Notes under the pieces: model-generated
Database searches by the model: none
What the model saw: only the letters and a program-made list of their open reading frames with translations
Told to the model about the DNA's origin: nothing
Shown: positions 28,374 to 34,667 of the stretch, piece after piece
How the letters are laid out: each line of letters starts with the position of its first letter
Position numbering within the stretch: position 1 is the first letter of the stretch
From: an uncultured Candidatus Saccharibacteria bacterium
Lineage (GTDB): Bacteria; Patescibacteriota; Minisyncoccia; Phycocordibacterales; CAIZLB01
Assembly (NCBI GenBank): GCA_964368945.1
Contig: CAYJDM010000005.1
Coordinates: forward strand, 22,699-86,698
Direction: 5' to 3'
Length of the DNA: 64,000 nucleotides
Position numbers and translations under genes: made by a program

Positions 28374-28447
28374 CCAAGCCGGATCAAAGGGCTATTGTTC
28401 TAAAGACACAATACACCATCGCTGCAAGCCGAGTCAAAAAATGCGCG

Positions 28448-28480
28448 CCGTCCCCACTCGGGGATCGGCGCGCATACTGC
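28448..28480 (-). terminator. Intrinsic terminator after island gene B
   Basis: GCGCGCCGTCCCC actc GGGGA(T)CGGCGCGC, a 13-bp stem with one bulge. Followed on the minus strand by a U-run. Confidence 0.55.
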
Positions 28481-28502
28481 GCATGCTTGCGAACGGCCAT
28501 CT

Positions 28503-28934
28503 TCAGGCCATGGCTTCCTCGACTTGCTTAGGAGCGAATTGAGGAAACGCCCCATAGATATCGCTGAGCGCGATCGTCTCATTCGATCCCCATGAATTCG
28601 TGATATTCCGATTTCTACATGCAAACAGCTGCATCCAGCCGCTATTTTTGATGCGGCGCATGTCCTCAATGGCGACGGGCATCCCGATGAGACCCCGTCG
28701 GATCGTTGAGGCGCTTGCGCCCTTGTTCGGAACATACAGTTCGTTGAAATACACCTTGACCGAAATCAGATCGCCGCCGTCATTCCTCATCACTGCCATG
28801 ACCAGCCCATCAGCAATCCGCTCCAGCGAGGAATTATGGCTTTTTGCAGCCGACGGAAGCACCAGATCCTTCATGATCGCGGCAATAATTTCAAGTGAGA
28901 CTCCGAGAGAGCTGAGTATTTCTTCTTTGTTCAT
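28503..28934 (-). CDS. Island gene B: hypothetical protein, paralog of gene C (no Cys knuckle)
   Basis: Start at the ATG (MNKEEILSSLG). The longer ORF-track start at 29039 would read through the regulatory repeat. Conserved block MRRIKNSGWMQLFAC. Confidence 0.45.
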   Translation of the reverse strand: MNKEEILSSLGVSLEIIAAIMKDLVLPSAAKSHNSSLERIADGLVMAVMRNDGGDLISVKVYFNELYVPNKGASASTIRRGLIGMPVAIEDMRRIKNSGWMQLFACRNRNITNSWGSNETIALSDIYGAFPQFAPKQVEEAMA

Positions 28935-28938
28935 GCTT

Positions 28939-29055
28939 GGATATCGCCCTTTCCGGTCATGGAAAGAATTTTGATTGTTTTGGCGATATGCGAAGGCTCG
29001 GGCAAGGACAAGGGAAAAAGCAAGGGGCGCCAAGAGCATTCGGATATCGCCAAAA
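28939..29055. repeat. Regulatory repeat element copy 2: half-site GGATATCGCCCT, then inverted repeat TTTTGGCGATATGCG ... CGGATATCGCCAAAA (48-nt spacer)
   Basis: Seen directly. Same architecture and half-site sequence as copy 1, 673 bp away. Confidence 0.6.
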
Positions 29056-29195
29056 CGGCTGAGAGAGCGGAAGGCAATGCAAGTATCACAGAAAGATCAT
29101 TCGTGAAAACTATACAATAGGCGCAAAAACTATGCCACTGTGCAAAACCATCTCTGACGGGCAGCGAAAATCTCGGTCAGACAGACAAAAAAAGC

Positions 29196-29221
29196 GCCGT
29201 CCCTTTCGGGACGGCGCTCGA
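29196..29221 (-). terminator. Intrinsic terminator after island gene A
   Basis: GCGCCGTCCC tttc GGGACGGCGC, a perfect 10-bp stem. Followed on the minus strand by a U-run. Confidence 0.6.
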
Positions 29222-29237
29222 ATTTCGAGCTCATGCC

Positions 29238-30026
29238 TCAGCTCGCGGGCATCGATTCAACGGCCTCTACGCGCGGATGGTATTTTTCGAGTCCGAGTGC
29301 TACGAGCGTGCGACAAGCGCATGGCTTATTTCCGCAAGCCAGGCAGCCTTTTCCATAAAAATGGTCGACGGCTGTCGCAAGATCGATCTCGAGCATCGAG
29401 GAAATGGCGCAAATCCACGTGAATACATCCGCAAGCTCCTGAGCATAGCTATCGGCAATGTCATCCGACGTATTGAGCGGCTGCGTCGCATCGATCTCCA
29501 GCATCGCCACTTCGGACACTTCAGAAAAAAGCCGATTGAGCACGCCTTCGATTCCTGCCGCTTGATTATGCGCGCCATATCTTTGACGCAGCGTCTGCTG
29601 CCACATCGATATGCTCCATTCCAATTGCGCAGGATCGATCACGCTTTCGCATGGATTTTCCGATCGCGCCTCAGAGGCGCATGTGCATGGATCCGAGTTG
29701 CAGTACCCGCATTTGTTCGCAGGAAATTTCCGGCAGAGCGTCTCATTGAAGGGAAAGCCGGCATAGAATCCGTCGATGAAAGCCATCAGCCTCGAAAAGA
29801 GCGAAGCGCATGCCTTTCTCAAGACATGCCGATCTCGCTTCTTGCGAATGCAATCGTGAATATAGCGCACTGCCTTGAGCAGGAATGCGCCACGCTCGAG
29901 ACGGCTCCGCATGAGCAGGGAATTCTTCTTGCCGTATATTTCGGCGAAATGGGCCTGCCATGCATCGATTCCATACGTAGTTTTGTCTGTGGTTTCCGGT
30001 GTCGGTATCGCTGAAGAAGATTTCAT
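29238..30026 (-). CDS. Island gene A: tandem all-alpha MazG-like nucleotide pyrophosphohydrolase-like protein; each half ends in a CxxCx4CxC motif
   Basis: The second half aligns to small MazG/YpjD-type NTP-PPases (LFSEVSEVAMLEI; ELADVFTWICAISSMLEIDLATAVDHFYGK). The first half is a degenerate copy. Cys motifs are CGYCNSDPCTC and CLACGNKPCAC. Alternative TTG start at 30041. Confidence 0.55.
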   Translation of the reverse strand: MKSSSAIPTPETTDKTTYGIDAWQAHFAEIYGKKNSLLMRSRLERGAFLLKAVRYIHDCIRKKRDRHVLRKACASLFSRLMAFIDGFYAGFPFNETLCRKFPANKCGYCNSDPCTCASEARSENPCESVIDPAQLEWSISMWQQTLRQRYGAHNQAAGIEGVLNRLFSEVSEVAMLEIDATQPLNTSDDIADSYAQELADVFTWICAISSMLEIDLATAVDHFYGKGCLACGNKPCACRTLVALGLEKYHPRVEAVESMPAS

Positions 30027-30085
30027 TCGCGCTCCTTTCAATGCCTGTATGAGGCGGTTGGATGTTGAGGATGTGTAGTGAAGAA

Positions 30086-31285
30086 CTATTCCTTCAAGAT
30101 CACAGTACCATTAAAATGAGAATCTGTAAATGCCTCAATGATGCGTCGCACATCCGCAGCATTCTCTGCTTTTTCCATCAATTCCATGCGCAATTCCTTG
30201 GCGCCGTCGAATCCGTTTATATATGCCTTGAAGTGCTTTTTCATTATGGCGAAATTCTTGATCGCGCCGAGATGCTTTTCGAATAGCTCAGTGTGGCGGA
30301 TTGCCATCTGCAAACGCTCTTCGATTGTCGGATTATGCGCGGCTGCTGATGACCAGTCGGCATTTTCGCCGGCCTTCTGTTCGTCATTGCCTTTTTTAAT
30401 ATAAAAATTATTCAAACCGCTCCATAGCCAAGGATTGCCGAATAGCGCGCGCCCAAGCATGGCTCCATCGGCTCCCTGCTCCGCCGCTTTCTCCAAACCA
30501 TCTGGCACAGAAACGATATCTCCATTGCCCATGATGAGCGTGCGGTCGATAGGCGCGAGCTCAGCCTGAATCTGATCGCGGATCGCGACAGCTTCGCCGA
30601 CATGTTCCCATCTCGCAGGCACGAGCGACATTTCCTTGCGCGTTCGCGCATGAATAGTGATCGCGGCTGGATGCGCTTCGAGCAAAGCAGGCAGCCAAGT
30701 CGCCAATTCATTTTTGCCATAGCCGATTCGCGTTTTTACCGATACGGGAATCGGCACGCTTATGCCATCAAATGCATTGCGATCAGATGCGGGAGATTTT
30801 CCATCTTCAAAAGCGCGCTTCGCACCGGCCTGCGCAGCGCGAATGATTTCCTGCGCGCGCTTCGGATTCTTGATCATGCCCGCGCCAGCACCCTGCTTCT
30901 CGATTGATTTGTCAGGGCACCCCATATTGATATCAATGCCATCAAATCCGAGCGTCGCGACGAGATATGCTGCCTGCTCCATATATTCAGGATTCGATCC
31001 GAACAATTGCGCGACGATCGGATGCTCGGTCGGGCCGAACAAAAGATCCGCCATCAGCTTCGCCTTCCCTTCCGGAGTAGCGCGCACGATGCCGTCGGCA
31101 GAAACGAATTCCGTCCACATCATATCCGGATTGCCGCATTCGGCGATCAATGTTCGAAAAGCCACATCCGTAACATCCGCCATCGGCGCAAGGACGCTGA
31201 GCGGACGGCCAGGTCGAATAACCTCGCCAGTCGCGATGTCTTTGCCATCGATGATTTCAGTTTTTAGCTTTTGCCAGACATGCAT
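30086..31285 (-). CDS. dus: tRNA-dihydrouridine synthase (Dus family)
   Basis: SVLAPMADVTDVAFR, TIM-barrel FMN motifs, and the catalytic Cys region (GIDINMGCP). Start set at the internal ATG (MHVWQK). Confidence 0.8.
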   Translation of the reverse strand: MHVWQKLKTEIIDGKDIATGEVIRPGRPLSVLAPMADVTDVAFRTLIAECGNPDMMWTEFVSADGIVRATPEGKAKLMADLLFGPTEHPIVAQLFGSNPEYMEQAAYLVATLGFDGIDINMGCPDKSIEKQGAGAGMIKNPKRAQEIIRAAQAGAKRAFEDGKSPASDRNAFDGISVPIPVSVKTRIGYGKNELATWLPALLEAHPAAITIHARTRKEMSLVPARWEHVGEAVAIRDQIQAELAPIDRTLIMGNGDIVSVPDGLEKAAEQGADGAMLGRALFGNPWLWSGLNNFYIKKGNDEQKAGENADWSSAAAHNPTIEERLQMAIRHTELFEKHLGAIKNFAIMKKHFKAYINGFDGAKELRMELMEKAENAADVRRIIEAFTDSHFNGTVILKE

Positions 31286-31351
31286 ACTATATGTATAAAA
31301 CCCTCCGCCTTTTTCAATCACAATACCAAACGATCGCAGGATTGTATATAA

Positions 31352-31495
31352 AAAAATGTGACCCGTCCCCCACAGGGTGAGGACGGGTCGTGCTGGTCGA
31401 TGCATGGGGCTACGGATTTTCGCTCAGGCTTGATGCCGTCGCTAAGTCTATTCAATTCGCAGCCGGCCATGTCCTTTGGACATTGTCGGCAGCAC
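31352..31495 (-). ncRNA. Candidate ~140-nt small RNA or attenuator leader upstream of dus (promoter to terminator)
   Basis: Minus-strand near-consensus promoter TTGACT-16-TATAAT (plus-strand coordinates 31524-31529 / 31502-31507). It is followed ~110 nt later by hairpin GACCCGTCC...GGACGGGTC (31360-31389) plus a U7 tract. No ORF fits inside. Confidence 0.35.
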
Positions 31496-31501
31496 ATAAG
31501 T

Positions 31502-31529
31502 ATTATAGCATAGTTGCAATAATAGTCAA
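31502..31529 (-). promoter_or_regulatory. Near-consensus sigma70-type promoter (TTGACT-16 nt-TATAAT) on the minus strand
   Basis: Hexamers read directly from the reverse complement of 31502-31529. Confidence 0.5.
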
Positions 31530-31636
31530 TAGGCATTTTATCTAGAAAAAAACGCCTACAAAATTCGTATTTCCATGCTAAAATGGCGTCTTAAAACTTT
31601 TATATAAATAAAAACGTTCAACAGAACACAGCACAT

Positions 31637-33043
31637 ATGGCAAGCAAACCAAACCAGACAAAAGCACCAGCGACGAAGGCTCCCGCAGCGAAGGCGTCGG
31701 CGAAAGCCGCACCAGTAGCCGGACTTTCCCCTATCAAGACAATCATGGGCCGAGAAATTCTCGACTCGCGAGGAAATCCGACTGTGGAAGTCGATGTCAC
31801 TCTCCGCGACGGCTCATTCGGACGAGCCGCTGTTCCATCAGGAGCATCCACAGGATCATATGAAGCGATCGAGCTTCGAGATGGAGACAAGAAGCGATAT
31901 CTCGGAAAGGGCGTGCTCAAGGCCGTAGCGAATGTGAATGGCCCATTGCGAAAGGCATTGGTTGGAAAATCTTTTACGCAGGAAACTCTCGACCGAGCAA
32001 TGATCGCGCTTGATGGAACTCATAACAAGGCAAAGTTCGGAGCGAATGCAATCCTCGGAATCTCAATGGCTTTCTCACACGCAGCTGCGAAGTCAAAGAA
32101 GATGCCTTTGTTCAAATATTTCGCTCAGATCGCAAAGACTGGCAAGCCGATGTCTCTCCCGCTTCCGATGATGAATATCTTGAACGGAGGAAAGCATGCT
32201 GAAAAGTCTACGGACCTTCAGGAATTCATGGTCATGCCTGTCGGCGCGAAGTCTTGGTCTCAGGCTTTGCAGATGGGAGCTGAAGTTTTCCATGCTCTCA
32301 AGAAAATCCTTCACGATCGAGGACTCGGAACTACGACTGGCGATGAAGGAGGATATGCGCCGTCTCTCGGAAATAATGAAAGCGCGCTCAAGGTCATCCT
32401 CGAGGCGATCGAAAAGGCCGGATACAAGCCTGGAAAGGATATCGGAATCGCAATCGATGCCGCTTCGACTGAATTGTACAAGCCAGGCGAAGGAAGCGTT
32501 GCCGGCGAATCAAAGAACGGCACATATGAGCTCGCATCAGAAAAGCGAACTCTTTCTACGCCGGAAATGGTTGCCTTCTATGCAGACTGGCTTACGAAGT
32601 ACCCTATCGTCTCTATCGAGGACGGATTCTCAGAAGACGATTGGCTCGGATATGAAATGCTTACAAAGCAGTGCGGAAAGAAAGTTCAGATCGTCGGAGA
32701 TGATCTTTTCGTAACGAATATCGACCGACTCAAGACTGGCATCGAGCGAAAGGCTGGAAACTCCATCCTCATCAAGCTCAACCAGATCGGTTCAGTCACT
32801 GAGACAATCGACGCTATCAAGATGGCACATAAGGCCGGCATGACAGCAGTCGTCTCTCATCGATCAGGAGAAACAGAGGACACGACAATCTCTCATTTCG
32901 TCGTCGGACTCGGATGCGGACAGATCAAGACCGGCTCACTCTGCCGAACTGATCGAGTCGCGAAGTATAACGAACTCCTCCGAATCGAAGAGCAATTGGG
33001 TGCGAAGGCGGTGTTTGCTGGAAAGGGCGCGTTTAAGGGTTAG
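31637..33043 (+). CDS. eno: Enolase (phosphopyruvate hydratase) with a 25-aa Ala/Lys/Pro-rich N-terminal extension
   Basis: [27 protein letters not shown], and the catalytic motifs ([20 protein letters not shown]). The N-terminal [29 protein letters not shown] precedes the canonical enolase start. Confidence 0.9.
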   Translation: MASKPNQTKAPATKAPAAKASAKAAPVAGLSPIKTIMGREILDSRGNPTVEVDVTLRDGSFGRAAVPSGASTGSYEAIELRDGDKKRYLGKGVLKAVANVNGPLRKALVGKSFTQETLDRAMIALDGTHNKAKFGANAILGISMAFSHAAAKSKKMPLFKYFAQIAKTGKPMSLPLPMMNILNGGKHAEKSTDLQEFMVMPVGAKSWSQALQMGAEVFHALKKILHDRGLGTTTGDEGGYAPSLGNNESALKVILEAIEKAGYKPGKDIGIAIDAASTELYKPGEGSVAGESKNGTYELASEKRTLSTPEMVAFYADWLTKYPIVSIEDGFSEDDWLGYEMLTKQCGKKVQIVGDDLFVTNIDRLKTGIERKAGNSILIKLNQIGSVTETIDAIKMAHKAGMTAVVSHRSGETEDTTISHFVVGLGCGQIKTGSLCRTDRVAKYNELLRIEEQLGAKAVFAGKGAFKG

Positions 33044-33064
33044 TCGCTGAATTGCAAAACGAAG

Positions 33065-33108
33065 GACGCCGCTCTCGCATCGATGATGCATGAGAGCGGC
33101 GTTTTTTT
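33065..33108 (+). terminator. Intrinsic terminator after eno
   Basis: ACGCCGCTCTCGCATC gat GATGCATGAGAGCGGCGT followed by TTTTTTT. Confidence 0.7.
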
Positions 33109-33416
33109 GGTCCTGCGACCAATCAATCATGGTTTGCATTGAGCTGGCGCGCGCCACCATCGCACTATGGTCCCTGGCGGTCGCGGCGTGAATTTCTTGA
33201 CAGAACCAGGCTTGCGCGCCCTCAGTTGCTTGCCGAATTTATTAGCCAATCGGGCGGCGGTTCTGCGGAAGCTTTCCACAGCTACCGCTTTCTTGTTTGA
33301 TTCCAGTTTTTTTGACACGAGTTAAGAGTGGTTTGAAGTTAGCATCCCCTTTCTCAAAGAAGTTGAGCTTTCCTGCCAATAACGATATTCTTAAGTTACG
33401 AAAAAAGCAAATGAGT

Positions 33417-33452
33417 TAGCCGCCGTCCGGGAGTTCCGGGCGGCGGCTTTCT
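33417..33452. repeat. Repeated palindromic terminator-like element, copy 1 (GAGttaGCCGCCGTCCGGGAGTTCCGGGCGGCGGCTTT)
   Basis: 7-bp GC stem plus inner CCGG pairing. U-rich flanks on both strands. A near-identical copy lies at 33958-33993. Confidence 0.55.
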
Positions 33453-33468
33453 TTGTTTGGTCAGATTC

Positions 33469-33879
33469 CTACGGTTGAAATCTGCCCATCAATCTCGATA
33501 TAGCTGTCGTAGTTGCTGAAGTAAGATTCTTTTCTTTCGACTGTCTTCTTACTTCTTCAGATGCTTCCGACGAGCATTCGATCTGGCCTTCGCGATTAGT
33601 CCTGGCAACAATAATCAATTGCCCGCCTTGACGCATCAATGTCAGATGCTGCCGCTCGAAAAAACCAGCAGGATCGAGGCCGCGCGCGACGAGCGCATTT
33701 TCCTTTGCCTGGCCCAAGATGACCCGATGAAGAGTATCGTCATCCTTGTTGCAGCAAACATATCGGCCAGAGACGACGCTTTTGGGCTTTTGGCCCGATG
33801 AGGGGCCTTTGCCTGCTGGCAGGGCCTGTTCCCTGGTCTTCGGTATTGGCCATCCACGATAGTGAGGGTACTTGCTCAT
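33469..33879 (-). CDS. Hypothetical protein (136 aa) in a gene-poor region
   Basis: ORF ending 17 nt before repeat copy 1. No recognised domain. A C-rich CCCCAACCCCAACCC motif lies 5-30 nt upstream of its ATG. Confidence 0.35.
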   Translation of the reverse strand: MSKYPHYRGWPIPKTREQALPAGKGPSSGQKPKSVVSGRYVCCNKDDDTLHRVILGQAKENALVARGLDPAGFFERQHLTLMRQGGQLIIVARTNREGQIECSSEASEEVRRQSKEKNLTSATTTAISRLMGRFQP

Positions 33880-33957
33880 ATGCTGGGTTTCGGGTTGGGG
33901 TTGGGGTTTGACTTATTCCTGCCGACATCATGCCATAAGAATATGGAAAAAAGAAGT

Positions 33958-33993
33958 GAGCCGCCGTCCGGGAGTTCCGGGCGGCGGCTTTGT
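33958..33993. repeat. Repeated palindromic terminator-like element, copy 2
   Basis: GAGCCGCCGTCCGGGAGTTCCGGGCGGCGGCTTT. Its core is identical to copy 1 over ~34 nt. Confidence 0.55.
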
Positions 33994-34037
33994 TCTAATC
34001 TTTCAGGCTGCTGTGCTGTAGAATTCCGGGCTTTTTT

Positions 34038-34349
34038 CTAATGCCCGCTTCGATAGCTTCTGATGGCACCCATCTTGGCTCTTTCTCCAGGTTTGTAGAA
34101 TGCCTTATCTCTGGTAAACGCGCTGACATGCGGGTTGTCATCTTGACGCATTTCGTGGCGATCAATATATCGCTTGAGGCTGCGCATTTTCCAGCCCTGA
34201 CTGCGGCCACTGCGGCGCCAAGGCGGCTTTGAGAGCACGAAACGCCTCTCGATCGCTCGGGCCAGGCCCGTGACGCCTGCCACTTCGTATATTTTATATA
34301 TTGCCATAATGTGCTGATTTGGGTTGATTTGAATTTGCTTATATGCCAA
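34038..34349 (-). CDS. Hypothetical basic protein (103 aa)
   Basis: ORF ending 45 nt before repeat copy 2. K/R-rich. No known domain. Coding status uncertain. Confidence 0.25.
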   Translation of the reverse strand: MAYKQIQINPNQHIMAIYKIYEVAGVTGLARAIERRFVLSKPPWRRSGRSQGWKMRSLKRYIDRHEMRQDDNPHVSAFTRDKAFYKPGERAKMGAIRSYRSGH

Positions 34350-34641
34350 GCTCTCCCGTTAGGAATTCTTTGCCCCTAGTATTCAACCGTCGCTCCATGA
34401 CCCATCCTTTGCCATCTCCTCTCCGGCAAAGAATTGTCGAATAGGTTCGGCGTCGTTTGGCGCTTTTCCGCGCCGGCTTTTTCCGGGCTCGCTCATACTT
34501 TTGTTGAGGTGTCTTTCTTTTTGCTGCCATACGGCCTCCTTTGGTTTGGTTGTTCTGTTGGCCCCGATGCGGTCGTCGCTCGGTGATTCCGAGAGGTACT
34601 ATGGCATGCAAATAAGAAACTGTAAAACCGTCGAATGCCAT
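34339..34641 (-). CDS. Hypothetical very basic protein (100 aa)
   Basis: Overlaps the previous ORF by 11 nt. It could be one frameshifted gene (pseudogene) or two small genes. KR-rich (AAKRKTPQQKYERARKKPARKSAKRRR). Confidence 0.2.
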   Translation of the reverse strand: MAFDGFTVSYLHAIVPLGITERRPHRGQQNNQTKGGRMAAKRKTPQQKYERARKKPARKSAKRRRTYSTILCRRGDGKGWVMERRLNTRGKEFLTGELGI

Positions 34642-34667
34642 AACGCGATCGATCCCCTTTTCCCAAA

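Noticed and set aside
28934-29039. N-terminal extension of island gene B (ORF track start 29039)
   Set aside because: It would translate through the inverted-repeat regulatory element that is duplicated non-codingly upstream of gene C. The ATG at 28934 is preferred.
29277-30014. 245-aa plus-strand ORF antisense to island gene A
   Set aside because: It lies in a GC-rich region where long antisense ORFs arise by chance. The minus-strand frame carries the MazG-like motifs and Cys knuckles, and an intrinsic terminator in the minus orientation follows it.
31318-31536. 72-aa Cys-rich minus-strand ORF between eno and dus
   Set aside because: It starts upstream of the -35 of the only good promoter and reads straight through a strong terminator hairpin and U-tract. 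It is more likely non-coding (see the sRNA/leader candidate).
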